A model generated the notes under the pieces. The model was given only the letters and a program-made list of their open reading frames with translations, was not told the DNA's origin and did no database searches. The position numbers and the translations under genes are program-made. A stretch of DNA of 63,790 nt from Cryomorphaceae bacterium ASP10-05a (lineage in GTDB: Bacteria; Bacteroidota; Bacteroidia; Flavobacteriales_D; Sanyastnellaceae), in the NCBI GenBank assembly GCA_000981645.1, contig LAQC01000008.1, positions 1 to 63,790 on the forward strand, given 5' to 3'. Below are positions 29,252-38,445 of this stretch, piece after piece. Positions within the stretch are counted from its first letter, which is position 1; every line of letters begins with the position of its first letter.

Positions 29252-30604
29252 ATGAAGACCTACTCCAAGAAAACCACTCAGAATGCATGGGCTATGTATG
29301 ACTGGGCTAACAGTGTTTATTCACTGGTTATAACCACAGCCATCTTCCCTATTTATTATGCAGCCAAAACCAAGTCCACTCTATTAGTGGATGGAGAGGA
29401 GGTTACTTCTAATATGGTTCAGTTTATGGGGTTCGAATTTGTGAACACCGCCCTCATTGGTTATGTGGGTGCTTTTGGTTTCGTTTTAGTCTCGATATTA
29501 ATGCCACTTTTTACAGGAGTAGCAGATTACTTAGGGAGGAAAAGGTTTTTTCTAAGACTGTTTTCTACTATGGGTGCTCTAGGATGTATGGGGTTATACC
29601 TTTTTGATGTTTCTGAGGAGTCAGGATTGATAGGAACTATTCTGATGTACTTGATAGCGCTAATCGGTTTTTGGCTTTCTATCGTTTTTTATAATTCGTA
29701 CCTTCCTGAGATAGCTTCTCGTGAGGAACAGGATAAACTTTCTGCTAAGGGATTCTCCTTTGGTTATGTAGGGAGTGTTTTACTACTGAGTTCAATTCTT
29801 TACTTAAACTTAAATGGACACATAGAAGCTGAAGTAGGTTTCATCATGACTGGTGTATGGTGGCTTGTATTCACTCAGTATTCTCTTTATATTTTGCCCT
29901 CAGGTAAGGCTAAGAGATTTACGGGTACAGAAGTGCTGTCTAAAGGGTTTGATGAGTTAAGTCACGTATGGAGGGTAATGAAGAAGACCCTAAGATTAAA
30001 GCGGTTCACGCAGGCTTTTTTCGTTTATTCTATGGGAGTACAGACCGTCATGATGGTGGCAGTATATTTTGCGGAAAAGGAAATTGATTGGCCAGAGGGC
30101 GGTGCTAAAATCGGACTAATATTGAGCGTTTTATTGATTCAAGTGATCGCTATTCCTGGAGCCTATGTAATGAGTATATTGAGTGCTAAAAAAGGGAATA
30201 TTAAGACGCTTATAGCAGTAAACGTGTTTTGGGCCATTCTCTGTTTAGGAGCTATAGTAATACACACACCTAATCAGTTTTACTTCATGGCTGCTTTAGT
30301 AGGATTCGTAATGGGAGGAATTCAGTCTCTTTCTAGGTCGACCTTCTCTAAGTTTATTCCTGAGGTAAAGGATACAGCTTCTTACTTTAGTTTTTATGAT
30401 GTTTCTGAAAAGATAGGATTGGCTATAGGGCTCTTCATATTTGCTTACTTAGAAGAAGTAGGAACGACCAATGTAGATGTTTCTGAAGGTGTCTTGAGCG
30501 GAATGAGGCTTTCTATAGTATCGCTAGTGGTCTTTTTTGTTTTGGGAGTAATTCTCTTACTCAGAGTGCCTAAAGAAGAAGTAGCTAGTTCTACTGAGGT
30601 CTAG
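29252..30604 (+). CDS. MFS transporter (UMF1/Atg22-like family)
   Basis: The 450-aa product has about 12 predicted TM segments and the family-typical N-terminus NAWAMYDWANSVYSLVITTAIFPIYY. Confidence 0.85.
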   Translation: MKTYSKKTTQNAWAMYDWANSVYSLVITTAIFPIYYAAKTKSTLLVDGEEVTSNMVQFMGFEFVNTALIGYVGAFGFVLVSILMPLFTGVADYLGRKRFFLRLFSTMGALGCMGLYLFDVSEESGLIGTILMYLIALIGFWLSIVFYNSYLPEIASREEQDKLSAKGFSFGYVGSVLLLSSILYLNLNGHIEAEVGFIMTGVWWLVFTQYSLYILPSGKAKRFTGTEVLSKGFDELSHVWRVMKKTLRLKRFTQAFFVYSMGVQTVMMVAVYFAEKEIDWPEGGAKIGLILSVLLIQVIAIPGAYVMSILSAKKGNIKTLIAVNVFWAILCLGAIVIHTPNQFYFMAALVGFVMGGIQSLSRSTFSKFIPEVKDTASYFSFYDVSEKIGLAIGLFIFAYLEEVGTTNVDVSEGVLSGMRLSIVSLVVFFVLGVILLLRVPKEEVASSTEV

Positions 30605-31724
30605 AGTGGCGCACGTAACTTTTCTCTAGAACTTCAAATGCTACCCTTCTGTTTTGAGCTCTTCCTTCTGTAGTTTCGTTTTCTGCCACTGGGGCAGCAC
30701 TTCCATGAAAGTTTATTTCCAGTCTAGTGATATCTAGCCCCTTCTTTTCGATAAACTGCTGAACATTTTCGGCTCTTTCCCTGCTGAGTTTTTGGTTGTA
30801 GCCCTCTCGTCCTATAATATCTGTATGTCCATTTATTTGGATGAAGAGGTTTTTGTTGCTCAGTAATTTTTTAGAGATATCATTTAGCTTAGCTTCTGCT
30901 TCAGGGTTTAATACGGAAGAGTCAAAGTCAAAAAGAACAGATTCTAGTTCTAAAGAAACAGCTTTAGATAACTGAGCAGGGGGATTCACCACCAGTTCAG
31001 CTAATAGTTCATTTACACAACTGCATTCCTTCTTTTCCTTAATGGGTTTGACCACTAAGCTATCCAGGTACACATAAGCCCAGTTATTAGCTGATATGTC
31101 TTCTTTGGTTGTTCTTTTTAAGACATTTAATTTGTTGTCCGGCTTGAAATTTCCGATGGTAATATATGCCTCTCCTCCTTTGGCTATAAACTCATTACTT
31201 AAAAGGATCCATTGTTCATATCCGTCTATAAAATGAAGATCAGGTGATTCCATGACAGGCGTGGCCTTGAGAACGTTATCTAGAGTGTATTTAAGTGGCT
31301 TTTTACTAAGAGAAACACCTATTCCGTCTGTAACATAGCGAGAGTGATCTGCGGGGCTGACATAGAGTTCTACGCAGACCATTTCACCGGCATTTAGCTT
31401 TCTGCTAAGTGGAGCTTTTATGTACTCCCGGTAGTTTCTTTTAGAGGCAGAAAATGTGACTAATCCTAAATAAGCTTCTCCAGATTTGGCATTCTGTTCA
31501 CCGAACATATTCTCAGGTACACCTGCTTTATCACTACAGGAATTAAAGTAATCTGGAGTTCCGTCAGAAGCCTGTCTCCAATTATCCACTAGGGTTAACG
31601 AGGTCTGATTATAGGTGACGGGGCAATATTTAAATTTTTCAAAACTAGGATTGGGGACTAGGTTTTGGGCTGACAAAACCAGAGATGATAGGGTTAAGAA
31701 AAATGATAGAATAATTTCTTTCAC
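30591..31724 (-). CDS. OmpA-family protein with an N-terminal beta-sandwich-like domain
   Basis: The 377-aa product has a signal peptide. Its C-terminal OmpA/MotB peptidoglycan-binding domain reads INGHTDIIGREGYNQKLSRERAENV...NRRVAFEV. Confidence 0.88.
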   Translation of the reverse strand: MKEIILSFFLTLSSLVLSAQNLVPNPSFEKFKYCPVTYNQTSLTLVDNWRQASDGTPDYFNSCSDKAGVPENMFGEQNAKSGEAYLGLVTFSASKRNYREYIKAPLSRKLNAGEMVCVELYVSPADHSRYVTDGIGVSLSKKPLKYTLDNVLKATPVMESPDLHFIDGYEQWILLSNEFIAKGGEAYITIGNFKPDNKLNVLKRTTKEDISANNWAYVYLDSLVVKPIKEKKECSCVNELLAELVVNPPAQLSKAVSLELESVLFDFDSSVLNPEAEAKLNDISKKLLSNKNLFIQINGHTDIIGREGYNQKLSRERAENVQQFIEKKGLDITRLEINFHGSAAPVAENETTEGRAQNRRVAFEVLEKSYVRHSRPQ

Positions 31725-31815
31725 TGATTAGGTAACTAAATAGGGATTTGCTTACTTTGAAAAAAGCCCTCAAAGGTTCAACTTGAGGGCTTAAGTATTT
31801 AATTTATTAACCCTG

Positions 31816-33012
31816 CTACTCCACAGAGAATTCTACTCTTCTGTTTTTAGCCAATTGCATTGGTGTTTTGTATTTAGAAAGAGGAGCGCTTGCGGCTTTG
31901 TCTTTAGAAGTAAACCTCGATTCTTCCAAACCTTTAGATACAAAGTAATTTTTTAGAGAAGTGGCTCTCTGAGCACCTAAATCAGAAAGTCTGACTTTTA
32001 CCTTAGACTCATCAAACTCACTTAAATCCATGTGGCCAGTTAGCTTCAGTTTTATAGATGGATTTTCTTTTAGGTAAGCTATTAAATTTTTCAAGTCTCT
32101 TTTAGCCACTGAATTAATTCTGGCAGACTCTTGAGCGAAATAAATCGTGCTTTTAGAAATCTTTTCTTCATCAGTTAACTCATCAAAAACCACATAAGAA
32201 GGAGAGTAGATTACTTCTTCTTGAACTCCGCTATTTCCACAGTCACACTGAGATGCGGCTACTATTTCGTCTACTTCGACATTTTCCAAGTAGTAATATG
32301 CATCTAAAGACTGGGTCGCTGTAAACCCTCTGGGTTTTTTAAGTTTTTCTATTTGTAGATTTTTATCTTCATCAAAACATCCTATGATAATAGCTCCTTC
32401 TCCACCATTAGCGGTGTATGTCCCACATATAGTAGTCCATCCTTCTCTCTCATTAATGACAGGGTTTAATGTGTTTTTAATCTGAAAAGAAGGTTCTATT
32501 ATTGATTTTGAATCGCCCTTTTGAACTTTATTCTTAGAGACGTAAATACCTATACTGTTAACGGCATATTTAGACAAATCTGCTAGGCTTACTTGAGCTT
32601 TAATGCAGTATGTCTTATTCTTTTCCATCTGCTTCAGTAAGTTTCTTCCGATGTATGTCCTTTGTTTTTTAGAATCCTTAGTATACGCTCTGAATCCAGC
32701 GTAATTAGTTCCGTCTATAGACTCTTGTTTTCCATAGGCGTTTTCAGGAATTCGAAGTAATTCAGATTTAGCAGATTCACTAAATAAGTCTGCTTTTGTG
32801 TAAGTGGCAGAAAACCAATTATCTATATGATCATCAAAATTCTCAGGCTTTTTCATTTTATCAGTATTAGCCAGTTCGAAAGACCCATTGTCGATTAAGC
32901 TTTTTTCCTCCTGTCCGCTATCTGAATCTTCTTTTTCTTCTTGTGTAAATGCTGAGTTTGTAAGGATTAATGCCATACATACCATTAGAAGATAACTCTT
33001 TAAGTATTTCAT
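31816..33012 (-). CDS. OmpA-family protein, paralog of the downstream gene
   Basis: The 398-aa product has a signal peptide and the same architecture as its neighbour. The N-domain opens with LIDNGSFE, versus NLVPNPSFE in the neighbour. The C-terminal OmpA domain reads LTGHMDL...LGAQRATSLKNYF...NRRVEFSV. Confidence 0.85.
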   Translation of the reverse strand: MKYLKSYLLMVCMALILTNSAFTQEEKEDSDSGQEEKSLIDNGSFELANTDKMKKPENFDDHIDNWFSATYTKADLFSESAKSELLRIPENAYGKQESIDGTNYAGFRAYTKDSKKQRTYIGRNLLKQMEKNKTYCIKAQVSLADLSKYAVNSIGIYVSKNKVQKGDSKSIIEPSFQIKNTLNPVINEREGWTTICGTYTANGGEGAIIIGCFDEDKNLQIEKLKKPRGFTATQSLDAYYYLENVEVDEIVAASQCDCGNSGVQEEVIYSPSYVVFDELTDEEKISKSTIYFAQESARINSVAKRDLKNLIAYLKENPSIKLKLTGHMDLSEFDESKVKVRLSDLGAQRATSLKNYFVSKGLEESRFTSKDKAASAPLSKYKTPMQLAKNRRVEFSVE

Positions 33013-33095
33013 GTGTATTCTCTTTTATTTACTGTGGCTAAGACAATGGTCGTGCCATTTCTTTCTTGTCACGCGAATATCTGAAAAAATGCGGA

Positions 33096-34115
33096 CTATT
33101 TGGGGTCGTGAAGTATTTTATAAGTAAGCTCTTTTAGAATTTGTTCGGCTGGTGTGCTTGGGTTGTTCACTCCTTTAGACATGGTGTCGGCTTTTCTGAG
33201 GTGCCCTATAACCCTCGCCAAACTTCCCGCGTTATAATTTTTCTTGGCTAGGTTGAATTCATTCAAGCCATACGGACTCACTCTAAGAAATTGCGCTGCA
33301 TTTTCTCCTGGTGGAAGTCTGTGAAGTTTAATCAGTCTGGTGAAATAGGTGTAAAGCGAGGGTAGGATTAGTTGTAAGGGGTGGGCTTTAGGATTAGCCG
33401 AGTAGTAATTAATAATTTTATTCGCTTGTAGAACGTTTTTAGTTCCGAGTGCTTTCTGAAATTCGAAAATATTGTAATCCTTACTAATGCCTATGTTTTT
33501 CTCTACATGAAGAGAGGTGATTTGCTCATTTTCTTTTACTAGAATTAGGAGCTTATCTAAGGCATTTACTATTTTACTAAGGTCGTTTCCTAGATATTCT
33601 GTAAGCAATGCAGAAGTGGCAGCATCTATATTTCGGCTCTTAGATTTTACGTAATCTGTTATCCAGTTAGGGACTTTGTATTCTTTTAGTTTTTTACTCT
33701 CGTAATAAACTGAGTTGGCTTTTATGGTCTTAGCTATTTCACTTCTGCCGTCTAAGGTTTTATGCTTATGCTGAAAAACGAGAATAGTTGATTCTAATGG
33801 TGCTGCTAAGTACTTTGCCAGCAGCTCTGTCTTATCTTTATTTCTCCAATCTTTTAACGCCTGAGCTTCTTTGATGATTACCACTTGCCTTTCAGACATC
33901 ATAGGAAACCTTTTAGCAGAAGAGATAATTTCATCCATAGAGGAATCTCCTCCGTAAAATATGGATAGATTAAAATCTCTTTCTTCCTCGGCTAGTACAT
34001 TATCCTCTATATAGTCTGAAATTTTATCTATGTAATAGGGTTCTTCTCCAGTAAGAAAGTATACTGGCTTGTAGTCCTTGTTTTTAAGTGATTTTAAAAT
34101 ACTTATCTCGCTCAT
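33096..34115 (-). CDS. holA: DNA polymerase III delta subunit
   Basis: The 339-aa product has a HolA-like N-terminus (YKPVYFLTGEEPYYIDKISDYIE) and the expected length. Confidence 0.85.
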   Translation of the reverse strand: MSEISILKSLKNKDYKPVYFLTGEEPYYIDKISDYIEDNVLAEEERDFNLSIFYGGDSSMDEIISSAKRFPMMSERQVVIIKEAQALKDWRNKDKTELLAKYLAAPLESTILVFQHKHKTLDGRSEIAKTIKANSVYYESKKLKEYKVPNWITDYVKSKSRNIDAATSALLTEYLGNDLSKIVNALDKLLILVKENEQITSLHVEKNIGISKDYNIFEFQKALGTKNVLQANKIINYYSANPKAHPLQLILPSLYTYFTRLIKLHRLPPGENAAQFLRVSPYGLNEFNLAKKNYNAGSLARVIGHLRKADTMSKGVNNPSTPAEQILKELTYKILHDPK

Positions 34116-34888
34116 TACTTAAATCTAAGGTGTCTTACAGACCTTCCGTTATTCTTTATTTCTTGAAGAGATTTTATTCCGATTTCTAGGTGGTCGCTAA
34201 CATAGTTCGCGGTAACTCCTTCATCACTCTTACTCGTTTTTACTCCTTGAGGAATCATCGGCTGGTCGCTAACTAGAAGCAGGGCTCCTACAGGTATTTT
34301 ATTCGCAAAACCAGCGACAAAAAGGGTAGCTGTTTCCATATCGACAGCTGTAGCTCTAAGTTTTCTGAGATACTTTTTAAATTTATCATCATGCTCCCAA
34401 ACTCTTCTATTCGTGGTGTAAATGGTTCCTGTCCAGTAATCTTTCGCGAAATCACGGATGGTTGAAGAAACAGCACGTTGCAATGCAAAAGAAGGCAATG
34501 CAGGAACCGCTTTAGGCATGTAATCGTTGGATGTTCCCTCTCCTCGTATACCAGCTAAAGGAAGAATAAAATCACCAAGTTTATTTCGCTTTTTAAGCCC
34601 GCCACACTTCCCTAAGAAAAGAACTGCTTCAGGTTTTATAGCCGATAATAAATCCATAATAGTGGCGGCATTAGGACTTCCCATACCGAAGTTAATGATA
34701 GTAATGTCCTCAGCGGTAGCACTAGGCATAGCTTTAGTAAGGCCATCGACCTCCACTTTGTATTTCTCAGCGAACTGATCTACATATTTATTAAAGTTAG
34801 TAAGTAATATATAGCTACCGAAATCCTTTAATTCTACTCCTGTATATCTAGGTAGCCAATTGTTTACTATTTCTTGTTTTGTTTTCAT
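34115..34888 (-). CDS. amn: AMP nucleosidase (short Bacteroidota form, PNP/UDP phosphorylase fold)
   Basis: The track ORF starts at TTG 34918. I prefer ATG 34888 (MKTKQEIVNNWLPRYTG...). The nucleoside phosphorylase fold motifs LGKCGGLK and VDMETATLF are present. Confidence 0.8.
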   Translation of the reverse strand: MKTKQEIVNNWLPRYTGVELKDFGSYILLTNFNKYVDQFAEKYKVEVDGLTKAMPSATAEDITIINFGMGSPNAATIMDLLSAIKPEAVLFLGKCGGLKKRNKLGDFILPLAGIRGEGTSNDYMPKAVPALPSFALQRAVSSTIRDFAKDYWTGTIYTTNRRVWEHDDKFKKYLRKLRATAVDMETATLFVAGFANKIPVGALLLVSDQPMIPQGVKTSKSDEGVTANYVSDHLEIGIKSLQEIKNNGRSVRHLRFK

Positions 34889-34942
34889 AGACCCCAAAGA
34901 TGCTAAATTAGCGTTCAAAATTGAACATAATTAGACAAAGTT

Positions 34943-35410
34943 ATGAATGACGCTTTACCCATTTTAAATTTGCCAGAAACACCTTTAGAATTAGCAAGGG
35001 TAGAGGGTGTCTTAAAGGTTCAGTGTCTTGTTCGAAAACGGAAAATAATTCTAACTCCTGAAGAATGGGTTAGACAACATTTCATTTATTTTCTGTATAA
35101 AAAATTAGGTTATCCGCTGAGTTTAATGAAAGTCGAAAAGCAGATTTTAGTGAATAATCTCAAAAAACGATTTGATATTGTAACCTACAATGCCAGTGGA
35201 GAAATGAAAGTATTGATAGAGTGTAAAGCGGCCAGCATAGAGCTTGACGCATCTGTTTTCGATCAAGCTGCGCGATACAATCTTAGCCTTAAAGTCCCTT
35301 ATTTAGTGATTACAAATGGGATGAAGCATTACTGCGCTGAGGTGAATGTAGAGAGCAAGGCCATCTCATATTTAAACAATATACCTACTTATAAAGAGGT
35401 TAAGCGTTAG
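34943..35410 (+). CDS. HsdR N-terminal-domain-like protein (PD-(D/E)xK nuclease fold), stand-alone
   Basis: The 155-aa product has the pattern RFDIVTYNASGEMKVLIECKA (D...E-x-K) followed by QAARYNLSLKVPYLVITNG. Confidence 0.7.
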   Translation: MNDALPILNLPETPLELARVEGVLKVQCLVRKRKIILTPEEWVRQHFIYFLYKKLGYPLSLMKVEKQILVNNLKKRFDIVTYNASGEMKVLIECKAASIELDASVFDQAARYNLSLKVPYLVITNGMKHYCAEVNVESKAISYLNNIPTYKEVKR

Positions 35411-35415
35411 ATTTG
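35408..35415 (+). promoter_or_regulatory. Candidate -7 box (TAGATTTG) for the DUF5606-like gene
   Basis: The box matches TAnnTTTG, 22 nt upstream of the ATG at 35438. It overlaps the stop codon of the preceding gene. Confidence 0.45.
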
Positions 35416-35437
35416 CAACGCAACAAAATAAAGATTT

Positions 35438-35866
35438 ATGGATTTAAAAGATTTATTGGCTATTACAGGAAAGCCAGGACTATATAAAACAGTAGGGCAA
35501 AACAAGAGTAGTTTAATAGTGGAGTCACTGATAGATGGAAAGAAAATACCGGTCTATTCTGCTAATAAAATTAGTGCGTTAGAAGATATAAGCGTCTATA
35601 CATATGAGGAGGATATTCCTCTTAAAAAGGTATTTACTTTAATAGCTGAAAAGGAAAATGGAGGAAAAGCCATAACTCCTAAAGCATCATCTGAAGAGTT
35701 GAAAAGTTACATGAGAGAGGTGCTTCCTGATTTCGATCAGGATAGAGTTTATACTTCCGATCTAAAGAAGATCTTTAATTGGTATAATAACCTGCATGAA
35801 CATGGTCTAATCACATTAGGTGCCGAAGTAGCGTCAGAAGAGGTCGCTTCTGATGAAGAGGAATAA
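35438..35866 (+). CDS. Conserved Bacteroidota protein (DUF5606-like)
   Basis: The 142-aa product has the N-terminus LKDLLAITGKPGLYKTVGQNKSSLIVESLIDGKKIPV and an acidic tail. The family assignment is from memory. Confidence 0.6.
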   Translation: MDLKDLLAITGKPGLYKTVGQNKSSLIVESLIDGKKIPVYSANKISALEDISVYTYEEDIPLKKVFTLIAEKENGGKAITPKASSEELKSYMREVLPDFDQDRVYTSDLKKIFNWYNNLHEHGLITLGAEVASEEVASDEEE

Positions 35867-35883
35867 TTAGCCTGATAGAAAAG

Positions 35884-37587
35884 ATGCTTGTAGAAAAAAC
35901 GAAGAGAATATACCTTCCAAAAGAGTTTGATATTAGTAATTGGGATTCCTTGGAGCCTATTTATGATGAGTTATTGGGCAGGAACATTTCTAGTTTTGAT
36001 AAATTCAAATCTTGGCTAAATGACTTGAATGAGTTAGAGTCGGCTATGGAGGAGGAGTATGCATGGTGTTATATACGTATGACTATTGACACTTCTAATG
36101 AAGAGCATTCGAGTAAGTACAAGCATTTAGTGACTGAAATCTCTCCCAAATTAAGTCCATTATCTAATCTGCTCAATAAAAAGCTAAATAGCTCAGAGTT
36201 TAAGTCCGAACTGAAGGGTAAATCGTATGAGATTTGGTTTAAAGGTGTCAAAAACGCCATAGATTTATTCAGAGAAGAGAATATTTTATTGAATGCTGAA
36301 ATTCAAACTCTGACCCAGAAATACGGAAGTATTACTGGCGGAATGTCTGTGGAAATAGATGGTGAAAACCTCACTATGCCTCAAGCGGGTAAACTGCTCC
36401 AGAGTGAAAATAGAGAGACAAGAAAAGCAGCATTTGACGCTGTAAATGCGGTTAGGTTGGAGTCTAAAAAAGAGGTTCATTCTATCTTCGATGAATTACT
36501 TTCAAAAAGAAATCAAGTAGCTAAAAATGCAGGTTACGAGAATTTCCGAGATTATAAATTCGTTAGTCTTGGAAGGTTTGATTTTACTAAAGAGGACTGC
36601 TTTGATTTTCATAATAGCATAGCATCTGAGGTTACTCCCATAGTAAATAAGATATACGCTGAGAAAAGAGAAAAGCTAGGGTTGGATAAATTAAGACCCT
36701 GGGATACCAATGCGACTCTTCCCGGAAAGTCTGAGCTTAAGCCGTTTTCAAGTGCAGAAGAACTCGTAACCAAGAGTATTAAATCTTTCGGAATGATAGA
36801 TGAGTATTTTGGTCAAGCGTTAGCTGATATGAAAGAGTTAGGTCATTTAGATTTAGCTTCTAAGCCAGGGAAAAGCCCTGGAGGCTATAATTACCCTCTT
36901 TATGAGAGTGGAGCACCTTTCATTTTCATGAATTCTGTAGGTACTCCAAGAGATTTAGTGACTATGATGCATGAGGGAGGCCACGCTATCCATTCTTTCT
37001 TAAGCCATGGTTTAGAGTTTAGTGCTTTTAAATCGTGTCCAAGCGAAGTGGCTGAATTAGCGTCCATGAGTATGGAGTTAATGAGTATGAAGCACTGGGA
37101 TGAATTCTACTCTAAAGAAGATTTAAAGCGTGCTAAAAAGGAGCATTTAGAAGATAGTATTATGGCATTGCCATGGATAGCCATGGTAGATAAGTTTCAG
37201 CATTGGATTTATGAAAACCCTAAGCATACTGTAGAAGAAAGAGATTTAGAATGGGTAGCTATAAATAAATCATTAGGAAATAGTGTGGTGAACTGGGATG
37301 GTTCAGGAGAGGTAAGAAAAAATACTTGGCAGAAGCAACTTCACATATTTGAACTTCCTTTTTATTACATAGAGTACGGAATGGCTCAGTTAGGGGCTAT
37401 AGCGGTGTGGAAAAACTTTAAAGAAAACCCAGAGAAAACCATAGCTCAATACAAAGAAGCTCTGAGCGCTGGATATACATTAAGCGTTCCTGAGATTTAT
37501 GAAAAAGCAGGAATTAAATTTGACTTTTCTCAAGGTTATATTAAAGAATTAATGACGTTCATGATGAATGAGCTGGAAAATATTTAA
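35884..37587 (+). CDS. M3-family oligoendopeptidase (PepF-like)
   Basis: The 567-aa product has the zinc motif MMHEGGHAIH (HExxH), and its length is typical of M3B enzymes. Confidence 0.88.
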   Translation: MLVEKTKRIYLPKEFDISNWDSLEPIYDELLGRNISSFDKFKSWLNDLNELESAMEEEYAWCYIRMTIDTSNEEHSSKYKHLVTEISPKLSPLSNLLNKKLNSSEFKSELKGKSYEIWFKGVKNAIDLFREENILLNAEIQTLTQKYGSITGGMSVEIDGENLTMPQAGKLLQSENRETRKAAFDAVNAVRLESKKEVHSIFDELLSKRNQVAKNAGYENFRDYKFVSLGRFDFTKEDCFDFHNSIASEVTPIVNKIYAEKREKLGLDKLRPWDTNATLPGKSELKPFSSAEELVTKSIKSFGMIDEYFGQALADMKELGHLDLASKPGKSPGGYNYPLYESGAPFIFMNSVGTPRDLVTMMHEGGHAIHSFLSHGLEFSAFKSCPSEVAELASMSMELMSMKHWDEFYSKEDLKRAKKEHLEDSIMALPWIAMVDKFQHWIYENPKHTVEERDLEWVAINKSLGNSVVNWDGSGEVRKNTWQKQLHIFELPFYYIEYGMAQLGAIAVWKNFKENPEKTIAQYKEALSAGYTLSVPEIYEKAGIKFDFSQGYIKELMTFMMNELENI

Positions 37588-38024
37588 AGCTCGTAGTACA
37601 TTAATTTATGGGGTCCAATGTTTTTGACGTTATAGAAATCACCTTTATTACTAAAACCCAGCTTACTGTAAAACTCTAGGGCCACTTCTCTAGCATCGCA
37701 CCACAAGACAGCAGTGTTGTTTGCCTTTAGAATGTTTATCGCTTCTAGAACTACTGCTCGACCAGCACTTTTCCCTCTAAAGTTTGGATGCGTAGCCATC
37801 GCTCTCAATCTGTAATGATCTCCTGGTAGTTCCAATACCGGATTGCTAGTTTTGAATAAGGAGCATATACTTATAATCTGACCATCCAATACCGCTCCTA
37901 GATGAATGGCATCTTCTTGTTCATCTATATCTATGATACAGTCTTTTTGATGTGGGATATGCGGCCATAATACTATATGCCTTAGCCTTTTACAATCAGT
38001 CGAAGTAATCTTCTTCACTATCAT
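37584..38024 (-). CDS. GNAT-family N-acetyltransferase
   Basis: The track ORF extends to 38075, but that extension lies inside the S4-gene tail frame. I prefer ATG 38024 (MIVKKITSTD...). The acetyl-CoA motif is FRGKSAGRAVVLEAI. Confidence 0.8.
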   Translation of the reverse strand: MIVKKITSTDCKRLRHIVLWPHIPHQKDCIIDIDEQEDAIHLGAVLDGQIISICSLFKTSNPVLELPGDHYRLRAMATHPNFRGKSAGRAVVLEAINILKANNTAVLWCDAREVALEFYSKLGFSNKGDFYNVKNIGPHKLMYYEL

Positions 38025-38387
38025 CTTCAAAATATTTATTAATGGCTCTTCTTTCCTTTTTAGTAGGCCTTCCAAGCCCTTTGTCTCTTTGTGCTCGGTT
38101 AGCTTCTCTTATGAGTTCTAATTTATTTTTTTCTTCTTCAGGTGTAATGTCCTTCACGTATAACTCTACGAGTTTAGCTCCTACTCTGCTTTTAGGAAAG
38201 TCGATTACTTTATAAGTAAAAAAAACAGGTCCCTCTTCTTTAAGATTATCTCATCATTAATAGTTAGAAGTCTGGATGGTTTTGCTAGTTCATTCTTCAC
38301 TATTACGTGATTTTGTTTACACTCTTTGGTTGCTAGGCTTCTCGTTTTGTATAATCGTACTGTCCATAGATATTTGTCTACTCTCAT
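37996..38387 (-). pseudogene. Hsp15-like S4-domain RNA-binding protein gene interrupted by a 1-nt frameshift (or a sequencing indel)
   Basis: The N-terminal 60 codons (MRVDKYLWTVRLYKTRSLATKECKQNHVIVKNELAKPSR...) stop at 38205. A second frame is open from 38250 down to the TGA at 37996-37998. It encodes ...EEGPVFFTYKVIDFPKSRVGAKLVELYVKDITPEEEKNKLELIREANRAQRDKGLGRPTKKERRAINKYFEDDSEEDYFD, the expected C-terminal half of the protein. The shift must lie within 38208-38250. That interval contains an 8-nt homopolymer (38218-38225). Confidence 0.8.
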
Positions 38388-38413
38388 TCTTTATATTTGA
38401 AAGGAATTTGGAA

Positions 38414-38421
38414 TATATTTG
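38414..38421 (+). promoter_or_regulatory. Candidate -7 box (TATATTTG)
   Basis: The box matches TAnnTTTG, 24 nt upstream of the ATG at 38446. Confidence 0.5.
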
Positions 38422-38445
38422 TAAATAACAATAAAAAAAAGTAAA

